Shown here: piece by piece, positions 8,410 to 18,594 of the stretch
Position numbering within the stretch: position 1 is the first letter of the stretch
How the letters are laid out: every line of letters begins with the position of its first letter
IMG/VR virus record: IMGVR_UViG_3300033076_000903
Location: 1-35,723 of that record
DNA length: 35,723 nucleotides
Reading direction: 5' to 3' (one strand)
DNA from: a virus
Taxonomy: Duplodnaviria > Caudoviricetes
Made by a program: the position numbers and the translations under genes
Notes under the pieces: generated by a model
Databases searched by the model: none
Told to the model about the DNA's origin: nothing
What the model saw: only the letters and a program-made list of their open reading frames with translations

Positions 8410-9560
8410 CAACTATCACGCCTAATGCCCCTGAGGGCACGGCCACTGTAGAAAACGCAGTCCCTAGTTTAGAATCAATCGCCTCCAAGATGGCCGTAAT
8501 GCGTGAACAAACGCAACGTAACCTTCAAAGAGCCGCTGAACAGACTGTGACAGGTGATGCAGAACAGGCAGTTGCTGAATCCCCTGTGGCACCAGATGAG
8601 CCAGAAATCGCAGAACCAGAAGCACCAGAAGCAGAACTCGCAGCAGAGGACCTCGCCCCAGAAGATCAGGTAAGTGAGCAAGCCCCAGCTGACAGCACCG
8701 CAGATGAACTCATTGATTTTATTGAGTTTGCTGAAAGCAACCCACAAGCCAAGTTCAAGTTTATGAGAAATGGCAAAGAGGTTGTGATTGATGCCAAGCG
8801 AGCCGCCGCTATCCTGGGTCAAGGTGGAGCGATACACGAAGAAGCACGTCAACTCAAGATTGAAAGATCAGAGTTTGATGAATATGTCAAAGAAACCCGC
8901 GCCCGTCAAGAAGGCCTGGCCCTGGCAATGGAATTCACCGTTGAACCCAGGATCCGTCAAGCCTATGATGAAATTGTGCGCACGCAAGGATATCAGACCA
9001 CGTTCCAACAGCAGTTGGCTGCCACACAAGATGCCGCTGAACAAGCACGCATCCGTGCCAGTATGGAACAGAATGAACGCTACATCGCCCAACAAGGCGA
9101 AGTAATCCGCCAGCTCAAACCTGCTGTGGATCAGTTCCGTGATATCCGCCGTCAACAAGTGGCACAAGTCTTGGACTCAAACCGCAAGGCATTCAAAGAC
9201 AAGGAGTTGCGAAACGAATATGTCTACAATGAACTGCGCGAAAAGTTAAGCAAGAGCTGGCCACAGAGTCAAGAAGAATTGATTCCTGGTGTGAAAAACC
9301 TGGATTTGATTGCCAGCGATGAAACCATATTGAGCCTGATCCGTGATGGTCTCAAATTCAGAGATCGTCCTGCGGCCAAACAGGCAGGTGGTAGCATAGC
9401 AGCCTTGACCAGAACCAAGACAGCCAGTGCAAACAACAAGGGTGGCGATGACAACATACAAAAACTTCGTGAACAAGCCAAGGGCGGCGACAAAAAAGCC
9501 GCAGACAACCTGCTGGTAGCACAGCTCGCCAAATTGCGAGCAGCCCGTGCAGGTCGTTGA
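8406..9560 (+). CDS. Capsid scaffolding protein
   Basis: Acidic disordered N-terminus, K..GKEVVI motif, long coiled coil; immediately upstream of the major capsid gene. Confidence 0.8.
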   Translation: MTTITPNAPEGTATVENAVPSLESIASKMAVMREQTQRNLQRAAEQTVTGDAEQAVAESPVAPDEPEIAEPEAPEAELAAEDLAPEDQVSEQAPADSTADELIDFIEFAESNPQAKFKFMRNGKEVVIDAKRAAAILGQGGAIHEEARQLKIERSEFDEYVKETRARQEGLALAMEFTVEPRIRQAYDEIVRTQGYQTTFQQQLAATQDAAEQARIRASMEQNERYIAQQGEVIRQLKPAVDQFRDIRRQQVAQVLDSNRKAFKDKELRNEYVYNELREKLSKSWPQSQEELIPGVKNLDLIASDETILSLIRDGLKFRDRPAAKQAGGSIAALTRTKTASANNKGGDDNIQKLREQAKGGDKKAADNLLVAQLAKLRAARAGR

Positions 9561-9591
9561 TATAGCCTAACAATATTCAAAGGAGAATAAG

Positions 9592-10764
9592 ATGGCAGAA
9601 ATTACAACAAGTCAAATTGGTAACGGCACAACCGCCTATGGCGCAGACATCGTTGTCAAAGACTTAGACCTAGATGTAAGTAACCGCGTCAAGGACGATA
9701 CCCCCGTTCTCAATATGTGTATGACCAAGAAGCGCAAGGTCAACAGCACATTACCGCTCTGGACCAACGACATTTATCGTTTACCAGCCGCTCAAGCTGT
9801 GCAAGAAGGCGCAAGTGTTAGCAGCTCCAACGCTGAAAGCAACAACCGCTACAACTTGGCCAACTACACGCAGATTTTCCAGACCACAATCGCTGCTAGT
9901 GGAACAGCTCGTGCAGTAATGCAATCAGGTGGAGATCCACAAGCATATCAAGAAGTCAAGCAATTGATTGAATTGATGTTTGACGTGGAAGCTCAATTGG
10001 TTCGCAACGACCAAATTGGCACACAATACAGCGGTCAAAGCGGTACAGCTATTACCAACCCAACCACAGCACAAACTGGTGGTCGTCGTATGGGATCGCT
10101 CAGTGCTTTCGCAGGCACACAGAGCTTTAACCCAAGTGGTAATGCGGCTGCAAACATCACAACCAACACCAACAACGCCAGCACAGACAGTGCCACAGCC
10201 AACGTTGGTAACCTGAACATTGCTGCAGATGGCACCCAGTTCTACACTGGCACATTTGTGAACCAATTGTTCTCGCCCATCACCTACAAGCAGTTGGTGA
10301 CCACAGCAGAACAACGTTACAATGCCAAGATCCGCACAATGGTTGTGCCAACCAGCTTGCGCACAATGATTTCAGATCAGATTGGAACTTCTAACACAGC
10401 TATCAACCGTCGTAATGTTGAGCGTGGCGACACCATCCAGACATACGAAGGCGATTTCAATTACACATATGAAATCTTTGATAGCTGGATTATGGATTCA
10501 GTTGGTGCGTCAAACAGCATTTACTTCCTCAACGAAGAAGTGTTGCAGTGGGGTGCTTTACGTGACCTAGGTCCAAACAACGAAGTGTTCTCAAACGCTG
10601 ACGCTAGTTTAGACCAGTTCATTATGGAAGGAACTCTCATTGTTCGCAACCCAGCAGGCGTTGGTATGTTAAACAACGTTTCAACCACAGGTGCCCCAGT
10701 AAGTGCACCACGCACCAGCACATTTGTGCAACGTGTCAACGTGGGAGCAGGCGACACATACTAA
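9592..10764 (+). CDS. Major capsid protein (DUF5309/SU10-like HK97 fold)
   Basis: Strong AAGGAG SD; motifs DTPVLNM, NYTQIF and EGTL.VRNP.G; followed by a terminator. Confidence 0.9.
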   Translation: MAEITTSQIGNGTTAYGADIVVKDLDLDVSNRVKDDTPVLNMCMTKKRKVNSTLPLWTNDIYRLPAAQAVQEGASVSSSNAESNNRYNLANYTQIFQTTIAASGTARAVMQSGGDPQAYQEVKQLIELMFDVEAQLVRNDQIGTQYSGQSGTAITNPTTAQTGGRRMGSLSAFAGTQSFNPSGNAAANITTNTNNASTDSATANVGNLNIAADGTQFYTGTFVNQLFSPITYKQLVTTAEQRYNAKIRTMVVPTSLRTMISDQIGTSNTAINRRNVERGDTIQTYEGDFNYTYEIFDSWIMDSVGASNSIYFLNEEVLQWGALRDLGPNNEVFSNADASLDQFIMEGTLIVRNPAGVGMLNNVSTTGAPVSAPRTSTFVQRVNVGAGDTY

Positions 10765-10789
10765 TCTTTCACAAGATCAGTGCCTCATC

Positions 10790-10813
10790 AAAAAGCCCCG
10801 CAAGGGGCTTTTT
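10790..10813 (+). terminator. Rho-independent terminator after the major capsid gene
   Basis: AAAAAGCCCC-GCAA-GGGGCTTTTT, with GNRA loop and T-tract. Confidence 0.92.
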
Positions 10814-10827
10814 GTTTGGTTGAACAA

Positions 10828-10854
10828 CCAGGTATGTGTGGATCACACTAAATA
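10828..10854 (+). promoter_or_regulatory. CCAGG-N16-TAAATA putative promoter of the tail operon, leaderless
   Basis: CCAGG 10828-10832, TAAATA 10849-10854, ATG 10861 with no SD. It lies right after the terminator, where re-initiation is needed. Confidence 0.8.
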
Positions 10855-10860
10855 TACATT

Positions 10861-11451
10861 ATGAGCCAAGATTCCAACAAACCAGAATACATTGACGTGC
10901 ATAATGTCACACCAGACTATGACACACTGAGACAAGACCACGGCGGTATTATTACCACACACAACGGTGTTGCTGACAAGCTGTTGAGCAAAAACAACAA
11001 GTTGTATAGAGAAATGAAAGGCGACTGGAAACGCGAAGGTTGGAATTTGAGCCGCAATATCAAGACCACAACTGGTAGAGAAAACGGCAAATTCTACATC
11101 CGCCGCGAACAAATGAACGCAGAAGCCGTGGCACGCCGTTGCAAACTGTATAGAGAAGCCGCTGAAGCAGGACACCCAGATCCTTTGGCGCCCATAATGC
11201 CAGATGGCAAATTGGGCTACAAATGGATGGACCTGCCAGATGTGGTGGCCATCCGTATCAGCGACCAATATTTTGGTGGCATACCCTGGGCCGCACTCAA
11301 AAATGACAAAACCCTCAAAGCACAATTTTATCGTGTGGTGCAACAAGAATATCCACAGTATGTTTGCTATCCTGGTGGCAAGTTGCCCATACCCATTGAT
11401 GTGCCATATCCTGCCAAGTCAGGTGAAAAAAAGTTTTTTAAAGGACTTTGA
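10861..11451 (+). CDS. Hypothetical protein (196 aa)
   Basis: ORF between capsid and adaptor; no family recognised. Confidence 0.85.
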   Translation: MSQDSNKPEYIDVHNVTPDYDTLRQDHGGIITTHNGVADKLLSKNNKLYREMKGDWKREGWNLSRNIKTTTGRENGKFYIRREQMNAEAVARRCKLYREAAEAGHPDPLAPIMPDGKLGYKWMDLPDVVAIRISDQYFGGIPWAALKNDKTLKAQFYRVVQQEYPQYVCYPGGKLPIPIDVPYPAKSGEKKFFKGL

Positions 11452-11454
11452 CCT

Positions 11455-12435
11455 ATGTTCATAATTCCCAACGCAGATGCCTTGGTAAACTACATCAAAG
11501 ATTTCACTGGTAGCACCAACGATGATGAAATCAAGCAGTGTATATTCCAGGCAGAACTAACAATGCGCAACATTGAGTTGCCTGCTCTGCGAACCAATCC
11601 CTACGAAACATTTGGCACCGTGGGCGAAAATCAACTGATGCCTATACCAGCTGATATGAACAAGCCTATCTTGTTCTTCCAGCAAGGCACCAATGCTATG
11701 CCCAGCAACACAGGACCTTGGATCGTGTATGATCGTATTGGCGACAGAGACATCATCACACAGGGCTTGATTGCTCAACTGTATCTACAACCCGTCAATG
11801 TGCCAATGGTCATACGCGGCAAATTCAGTGAAGTGGGATCAAATTACCAATTTTTACCATATCTGGCAGAAGGCACCTTGTTGAATTTGTATTATTATCG
11901 TGCCTGGAACCTGTTGTTTACTCCCAGCGAAGAAAACACTGTGATCAGTGCCACTGGTACAGTGGCCACAGTCACAGGTAGTGGCCCTTGGTCAGTGACC
12001 ATAACAGGTATGACCACCACAGCTGGCCTGGCCAATGGTGACACAGTCACAGCCACAGCTGGCACAGGTAGCCTGGTGTCAGGTGGCACCGCCGTGGTCG
12101 CAGGTATTGTGAGTTCTAGTTCAATCGTGGTCACAGTCACAGGTGGCAGCATACCCACACCAGGCACCATTACCAACATCAGCAGAGTAGAAGTGGGCAC
12201 AGTTCAGACCAATCCTGTGTTACAAACCTGGCCTGAAGGCTATATCTATGCTACCTTGCACGAATACTATGTGAAACGTCACAACGCAGAAGATGCTGCT
12301 ATCTACAAGGCCAAATATGACAATGCCTGGGCAGTGGTCAACAATCAAAACAGCCTGGGCAAATGGAGTGGCGGACACACCAGACTCTACAGCATATTCC
12401 AACCCAGACGCGATCGCCAATACGCGGTCAAATAA
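11455..12435 (+). CDS. Head-tail adaptor (tail tubular protein A-like) with an inserted beta-rich domain
   Basis: Position; N-terminal FQAELTMRN helix and C-terminal TNPVLQTWPEGYIYATL resemble podovirus adaptors; Thr/Gly/Val insert at about 11938-12189. Confidence 0.7.
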   Translation: MFIIPNADALVNYIKDFTGSTNDDEIKQCIFQAELTMRNIELPALRTNPYETFGTVGENQLMPIPADMNKPILFFQQGTNAMPSNTGPWIVYDRIGDRDIITQGLIAQLYLQPVNVPMVIRGKFSEVGSNYQFLPYLAEGTLLNLYYYRAWNLLFTPSEENTVISATGTVATVTGSGPWSVTITGMTTTAGLANGDTVTATAGTGSLVSGGTAVVAGIVSSSSIVVTVTGGSIPTPGTITNISRVEVGTVQTNPVLQTWPEGYIYATLHEYYVKRHNAEDAAIYKAKYDNAWAVVNNQNSLGKWSGGHTRLYSIFQPRRDRQYAVK

Positions 12436-12447
12436 CCAGGAAGCCCT

Positions 12448-15400
12448 ATGAGCAACACAAGCCTATACACAAGTCAAGGTGGCAATGTCACAGTTCCGCC
12501 CAACAACAACACAGGTCTGTACAACACTGGCAGCCAAAACATACCTATCAACACAGACATCAATACCGTGGGCAACATCAGTGCTCAAGGCAATATCACA
12601 GGCGGCAATCTTATCAGCCAGGGCGATATTTCAGCGGTGGGCAACATCTATGCTGACAACTTTGTTGGCAACGTTGTAGGCAATCTTGTTGTTGCTGGTT
12701 CAAACACACAGGTCATTTACAACAACAATGGCGTGGCAGGAGCCAGTGCTGCATTCACTTTTGACCAAGCCACCAATGTGGTAGCCGTGGGCGGAGCTGT
12801 CACAGCCACAGGCAACATCACTGGCAACTACTTCTTTGGTAATGGTAGCCAGCTCACAGGTATCACGGCCAACTACAGCAATGCCAATGTCACAGCTTTG
12901 TTGGCAAATTTAGGCACCAATTCAATCAGCGGCACAGGCAACGTCACAGCCAGTTTCTTTTTTGGCGATGGTAGTCAGCTGACCAATTTGCCTGCAGGCA
13001 ATTATTCAAATGCCAATGTGGCCGCATACTTGCCAACCTACACAGGTGCCTTGTCAGGCAACGCAGTCAGCGTGACGGGCAATGTCACGGGCGCATTCAT
13101 ACTAGGTGATGGCAGCCAACTCACAAACTTGCCAGCTGGTAATTATTCAAACGCCAATGTGGTCAGCTTGCTGGCTGCTTTTGGCAGCAATACCTTGTCA
13201 ACCACAGGCACTGTCACAGCAGGTCAATTGGCAGGCAACGGCAATGGCATCAGCAACATACAGGCTGCCAACATATCAGGCACAGTTACCAGTGCCAGCA
13301 TTGCCAACCTGGTCACTGTCAGCAATGCCAATGCACTGAGTTCCAGCACACAATATGTGACCTTTGCCAGTGCGCCTGGCAACACACAAATCAACATAGA
13401 CAATGGTGCTACTACACCAATGACCTATGTGCCAAGTTCTAGCACCCTGGGCATAACCAACTTGAATGCCAACGGCAATGTGTTGGCCAATGGTGTTGTC
13501 AGTGCGACGGGCAATGTCACAGGTGGCAACATAAGAACAGCAGGCCAGGTCACAGCCACTGGCAACATCACTGGCAATTTCTTTATTGGCAATGGCAGTC
13601 AACTCACTGGCATTACCACCAATTATTCAAATGCCAATGTGACCGCATTAATGGCCGCATTTGGATCAAATTCAATATCAACCACAGGCAACGTCACAGC
13701 AGGTTATTTCCTAGGTGATGGTAGCCAATTGACCAATCTGCCCTTGGGCAATTACTCAAATGCCAATGTGGCTGCTTATTTGCCAGTTTACACAGGCAAC
13801 ATTGCCGCTGGCAATGTCAGTGCCACGGGCAATGTCACAGCCAATGTGCTGAAAACTTCTGGCGCCACAGGCAATATTGTGGGTGCGAACTGGGTCAGTG
13901 CCAATTTCTATCTAGGCGATGGCGGCTATTTGAGCAACATCCAGGTGGGCAATGTGGTAGGTGCTTATTCAAATGCCAATGTGGCCAATTATTTGCCCAC
14001 GTTCAGCGGTAACCTGGCTGGTGGCAATCTTGTGCTCACAGCCAACACAGGCAATGCCTATGTTCACGACGTTACAGCCACTGGCAGTGCATTGATCACA
14101 GGTGTGGTTTCAGCCGCAGGCAATGTGCGTGGTGGCAACATCAACACTGCAGGCATTGTAACTGCCACAGGTGGCTTGTTCACAGCTGATGGTGTCAGTG
14201 CAGTGGCCAATATTGTAGGCGGCAACATACGCACTGCTGGCGTTGTCACAGCCACAGGCAATATCACAGGAAATTATTTTATAGGTAATGGTAGCCAACT
14301 CACTGGCCTACCTGCTGGATATTCAAACGCAGATGTCAACGCTCACCTGGCAGCGTTTGGCAGCAACACTATCAGCACCACAGGCAACATCACGGCAGGT
14401 TATTTTGCTGGCAATGGCAGTCTGCTCAGCAACATTGCTGGCGCCAACGTCACAGGCACTGTGGCCAACGCCACATTTGCCACTTCAAGTGGCACAGCTG
14501 CCACAGTCACTGGCAACGCACAGGCCAATATTACCAGTGTGGGCACCTTGACCAGTTTGAGCGTGACTGGCACGGTCACAGCAGGCAATGTTTCAACCAC
14601 AGGCAACATCACCGCAGGTTATTTCTTAGGCAATGGTAGTCAATTGACCAATATTCCTGCAGGCGGCAGCAACACACAGATACAATTCAATGACGGCGGT
14701 GTATTTGCTGGCAATGCCAACGTGACCTATGACAAGGCCACAGGCAATGTGACCCTGGGCAATTTGGTTATGAATGGCAATATCATACTCAATGTCAACA
14801 GTTGGCAAAGCAACACAGATCCCAATCCTGGACGTGTGATCATTGGTACAGGACAACTTGGCAACTACAGTGGTCAAGGGGCAGGCGGCAACAATGGTGT
14901 GGCTGCAAGATTGTTGGTCACTGATCAATACATTAGATATGACAATGGCATAAGAATGATTGGTTTGACCATACAAAACTGGGCCAACCTGGCAGGCGGC
15001 AACGTTGGCAGTGCCAATGCCAACAGTAGAACAGCGGCCATAAGTCAAGACCTGTATTTGATGAATGGCAACATTGTCAGCAACAATCTGTATGCTCACA
15101 GAGCTCAAAGTGCAGCATTGAACCTGGGTTTTGCCAACAATACCAGCAACGTGTTTGTTCAAAGCAGCACAGTGGGTTCGTTTTTTGCCACAGTTTTCAC
15201 TGGTAGCACAGCCAATACCTTGGTGCAAGTAGCTGCTGGTAGTCAATTGTTTGGCAACGTGGCCAACCTGACAGGTTTTACCTGGAACAGTTTGGGCACA
15301 GCCAACGTTACCAGCAATGCCTATTGCATTTACAATCCAGGCTCTACTACTTCTATAGGAGGACAATCAAATTTTGCTGGCGTTCGCAGCGCACCCAATT

Positions 15401-15840
15401 ATTATTTCTTGCGCAACGACGATGATCTGGCCAAAAACAAATTAGGCAGTTTAGAATTGTTCCATTACAACAATGCCAATACTGCCAATACCACAGGAAC
15501 CTTGACCATTAACAAAAACAATGGTCAATATCAAACCATATATCCCACTGGCAATATTACCATTGGTTCGTTTACAAATTTTGTTACACGGGTGGCACAA
15601 CCCAATGGCACACAAAATAATCAAGCAGACGTTGTTACATTGTTGATACAACAGCCCGCAACACCCTGGACAGTGACAATGCCTACAGGCAACACCAACA
15701 TACGGTATGCAAATAGTTCAGCCACTGTGGCCAACACAGCCAATTCAACTACCAAGATAACGGTTACTGCAACTTACAATTACAATGTTGGAGCCAATCA
15801 ATATCTCATCAACATTGATCCTGAGTATATAACGGTATGA
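12448..15840 (+). CDS. Tail fibre 1 (1130 aa, Asn/Gly/Thr repeats)
   Basis: Many copies of ATGNITGNYF.G.GSQLT...YSNANV; two GSNTQ(V/I).(Y/F)N..G knob motifs. Confidence 0.85.
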   Translation: MSNTSLYTSQGGNVTVPPNNNTGLYNTGSQNIPINTDINTVGNISAQGNITGGNLISQGDISAVGNIYADNFVGNVVGNLVVAGSNTQVIYNNNGVAGASAAFTFDQATNVVAVGGAVTATGNITGNYFFGNGSQLTGITANYSNANVTALLANLGTNSISGTGNVTASFFFGDGSQLTNLPAGNYSNANVAAYLPTYTGALSGNAVSVTGNVTGAFILGDGSQLTNLPAGNYSNANVVSLLAAFGSNTLSTTGTVTAGQLAGNGNGISNIQAANISGTVTSASIANLVTVSNANALSSSTQYVTFASAPGNTQINIDNGATTPMTYVPSSSTLGITNLNANGNVLANGVVSATGNVTGGNIRTAGQVTATGNITGNFFIGNGSQLTGITTNYSNANVTALMAAFGSNSISTTGNVTAGYFLGDGSQLTNLPLGNYSNANVAAYLPVYTGNIAAGNVSATGNVTANVLKTSGATGNIVGANWVSANFYLGDGGYLSNIQVGNVVGAYSNANVANYLPTFSGNLAGGNLVLTANTGNAYVHDVTATGSALITGVVSAAGNVRGGNINTAGIVTATGGLFTADGVSAVANIVGGNIRTAGVVTATGNITGNYFIGNGSQLTGLPAGYSNADVNAHLAAFGSNTISTTGNITAGYFAGNGSLLSNIAGANVTGTVANATFATSSGTAATVTGNAQANITSVGTLTSLSVTGTVTAGNVSTTGNITAGYFLGNGSQLTNIPAGGSNTQIQFNDGGVFAGNANVTYDKATGNVTLGNLVMNGNIILNVNSWQSNTDPNPGRVIIGTGQLGNYSGQGAGGNNGVAARLLVTDQYIRYDNGIRMIGLTIQNWANLAGGNVGSANANSRTAAISQDLYLMNGNIVSNNLYAHRAQSAALNLGFANNTSNVFVQSSTVGSFFATVFTGSTANTLVQVAAGSQLFGNVANLTGFTWNSLGTANVTSNAYCIYNPGSTTSIGGQSNFAGVRSAPNYYFLRNDDDLAKNKLGSLELFHYNNANTANTTGTLTINKNNGQYQTIYPTGNITIGSFTNFVTRVAQPNGTQNNQADVVTLLIQQPATPWTVTMPTGNTNIRYANSSATVANTANSTTKITVTATYNYNVGANQYLINIDPEYITV

Positions 15841-15983
15841 TAGAAATAGGCGGCGGAATAGAAATAGGCAACGGAATTACCATTGGTCCTGTGCCTGTGT
15901 TTTTGGAAACAAATTTTTTTGTCACACAAAATGGTGTGGATAACCTGGTCACAGAGACCAATGATCCATTTATAGAGGAATAA
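15837..15983 (+). CDS. 48-aa peptide MIEIGGGIEIGNGITIGPVPVFLETNFFVTQNGVDNLVTETNDPFIEE (not in ORF track), probable fibre-associated protein
   Basis: ATGA overlap with the fibre 1 stop; ends 4 nt before fibre 2 and carries its GAGGA SD. Confidence 0.75.
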   Translation: MIEIGGGIEIGNGITIGPVPVFLETNFFVTQNGVDNLVTETNDPFIEE

Positions 15984-15987
15984 GCCA

Positions 15988-17802
15988 ATGGCTAATGTTA
16001 AATTTACAGACCTACCCAATCTTGCCACAGTCACAGACACTACCATAGTGCCTGTGGTTGCGGGCAATGTCAACTACACAGTCACAGGTGCCAATCTCAA
16101 AAACTACACCAGCAATGTGTCAACCATAAGTGCCACAGGCAACATCACAGGCAACTATTTCATTGGCAATGGTAGTCAACTCACAGGCATAGTCAGCAGT
16201 TACGGCAATGCCAACGTGGCCACGCTGTTGGCCAGCTTTGGCAGCAATGCCTTGTCAACCACAGGCAACGTCACAGCAGGTTACGTGTTTGGCAATGGCA
16301 GCCAACTCACAGGCATTGTAACAGATTATTCAAATGCCAATGTGTCAAGTTTCTTGGCCGCATTTGGATCAAACTCAATATCAACCACAGGCAACGTCAC
16401 TGCCGCCAACTTTGCTGGCTCAGGAGCGGCACTTACCGCAATAACAGGTGCCAACGTCACTGGCACAGTGGCCAATGCCACATTTGCCACATCAGCGGCT
16501 TCAGCTACCACTGCTACAAGTGCTACCACAGCCAGCACTGTGACCAGCAACGCACAGGCCAATATTACTTCAGTGGGCACATTGACTTCGTTGAGTGTTG
16601 CAGGCAACGTAGACGGTGGCAATATTCGCACAGCAGGTGTGGTTTCAGCCACGGGCAACATAACAGCTTCATTCTTTATTGGCAATGGCAGTCAACTCAC
16701 AGGGCTAGCAGCCACATATTCCAATGCCAACGTGGCCACATTCCTGGCCGCGTTTGGATCAAACACTATATCTACAACTGGTAATATCACAGCTGGCAAC
16801 TTTATTGGCAATGGATCAAGATTGACTTCAATCACTGGCGCCAATGTCACAGGCACAGTGGCCAATGCCACATTTGCCACCAGTGCCAGCACAGCAACGT
16901 CTGCTACCACAGCAGGCACTGTGACCACTGCCGCACAAGGCAATATCACTTCAGTGGGAACATTGACTTCATTGAGTGTCAGCGGCAACGTTCAAGGTGG
17001 AAACTTGCGCACAGCTGGTGCTGTGACAGCCACTGGCAATATCACAGGTGCATACATCATTGGAAACGGCAGTTTATTGACCAATATTTCTGCAGCCAAT
17101 GTCACGGGCACTGTGGCCAATGCCACCTACGCTACCACAGCAGGCACAGCTACAACAGCTACTACTGCCAACACTGCCAGCAATGTGTCCATTACAGATG
17201 ACACTGCCAATGTCAGCACGCATTATCCTACTATGGTTATTGCCACAGCAGGTTCAAATCCCGTCAAAACCAGTAGCACTAAATTGACTTTTGTGCCCAG
17301 CACAGGAGTGCTAAGTGTTTCAGGCACTGTGTCCAGCGGCAATATCACAGGCACAATCGTAAGTGCCACAGGCAACATCACAGGTGGCAACATTGTCACG
17401 GCAGGCACTGTCACAGCCACAGGTGCCATAACCAGTAGTGCCAATATCACTGGTGGTAATATTATAACCAGTGCGAGAAGTCAAGCAGCCAATTACACAG
17501 AAGGTGTGTTTGCCTTGGGCAGTGTTACAGGTACACTGACACCAAACATAGCTTTAGGTGCCATACAAAGTGCTACCTTGGTAGGCAACATTACTTTGAA
17601 CAGCATTACCAATATCCAAACAGGTCAAAGTTTTACATTGATCCTTACTCAGGATGCTACGGGTGGTAGGACCTTGTCCAGCACTTGGAAATATGCGGCC
17701 AACAGCAAGACATTGAGCACAGCGGCCAATTCCACAGACATCATCAGTGTGTTCTATGATGGAACCACATATTGGGCCGTGCTCAGCAAAGGATTTGCAT
17801 AA
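15988..17802 (+). CDS. Tail fibre 2 (604 aa)
   Basis: MANVKFTDLP N-terminus; the same repeats as fibre 1; C-terminal GQSFTLILTQDATGGRTL...DIISVFYDGTTYW domain common in phage fibres. Confidence 0.85.
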   Translation: MANVKFTDLPNLATVTDTTIVPVVAGNVNYTVTGANLKNYTSNVSTISATGNITGNYFIGNGSQLTGIVSSYGNANVATLLASFGSNALSTTGNVTAGYVFGNGSQLTGIVTDYSNANVSSFLAAFGSNSISTTGNVTAANFAGSGAALTAITGANVTGTVANATFATSAASATTATSATTASTVTSNAQANITSVGTLTSLSVAGNVDGGNIRTAGVVSATGNITASFFIGNGSQLTGLAATYSNANVATFLAAFGSNTISTTGNITAGNFIGNGSRLTSITGANVTGTVANATFATSASTATSATTAGTVTTAAQGNITSVGTLTSLSVSGNVQGGNLRTAGAVTATGNITGAYIIGNGSLLTNISAANVTGTVANATYATTAGTATTATTANTASNVSITDDTANVSTHYPTMVIATAGSNPVKTSSTKLTFVPSTGVLSVSGTVSSGNITGTIVSATGNITGGNIVTAGTVTATGAITSSANITGGNIITSARSQAANYTEGVFALGSVTGTLTPNIALGAIQSATLVGNITLNSITNIQTGQSFTLILTQDATGGRTLSSTWKYAANSKTLSTAANSTDIISVFYDGTTYWAVLSKGFA

Positions 17803-18590
17803 TGTTTGCGGCCAGTCTGGGATTTTGGAAAGCACCTCCCATATCCGTGTCAGGTGGTAACGTTACCAAAAGTGGTAACTATACCATTCGTACATTTACA
17901 TCCAGTGGTAATCTTGTCATTTCTGGCGGTACACTCACTGGAGTAGATTATCTGTTGATAGGTGGTGGTGGTGGTGGTTGGACCACAGGTAGCTACAGAG
18001 GTGGTGGAGGTGCTGGCGGCCTACTACAAGGAAATAGTATAAGTTTGACTTCTGGCACATATCCAGTCACTGTTGGCGCCAAAGGCAACACAGGCACAAC
18101 ATTAAGCAATGTCAGCAATGGCGGCAACAGCACATTCAATGGGCTCACAGCCGTGGGAGGTGGCTATGGCGGCGGTGTTGGACCAATCAATTATGGCGGC
18201 AACACAGGTGGCAGCGGCGGTGGCGCTATTAACAGTGCTGGAGCAAGTTCTTATGGTCAAGGCACAGCAGGACAAGGCAATGACGGAGGCAGTGCCCCAT
18301 TTGCTCCGCCTGGCGGCCCTGGTGGTGGCGGTGGTGCAGGCGCACCAGGATCCGCACCTGTCAACGGTGATGGCACGGGAGGTAATGGTGGCAATGGTAT
18401 TCAGAGCTCAATCACTGGCACCTCAGTTTGGTATGCTGGCGGTGGTGCTGGTGGTGGAGGTACTCCAGGCACATCTGGACAAGGAAGAAATACCTACGGT
18501 GGTGGTATGACAGCAGATAATGCGCAGATAGTAGTACAACCAAATCCTGGGGTGCTAATTATTAGATACCTCACAGCTCAAACGGAATAA
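17802..18590 (+). CDS. Glycine-rich fibre tip or receptor-binding-associated protein (262 aa; start revised from 17772)
   Basis: TAATG overlap; YTIRTFTSSG, DYLLIGGGGGG, YAGGGAGG and GVLIIRY motifs of phage glycine-rich domain proteins. Confidence 0.85.
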   Translation: MFAASLGFWKAPPISVSGGNVTKSGNYTIRTFTSSGNLVISGGTLTGVDYLLIGGGGGGWTTGSYRGGGGAGGLLQGNSISLTSGTYPVTVGAKGNTGTTLSNVSNGGNSTFNGLTAVGGGYGGGVGPINYGGNTGGSGGGAINSAGASSYGQGTAGQGNDGGSAPFAPPGGPGGGGGAGAPGSAPVNGDGTGGNGGNGIQSSITGTSVWYAGGGAGGGGTPGTSGQGRNTYGGGMTADNAQIVVQPNPGVLIIRYLTAQTE

Positions 18591-18594
18591 ACTT

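Noticed and set aside
12800-17470. Regularly recurring repeats in the fibre genes as CRISPR or mobile-element repeats
   Set aside because: They vary mainly at synonymous positions and encode protein repeats.
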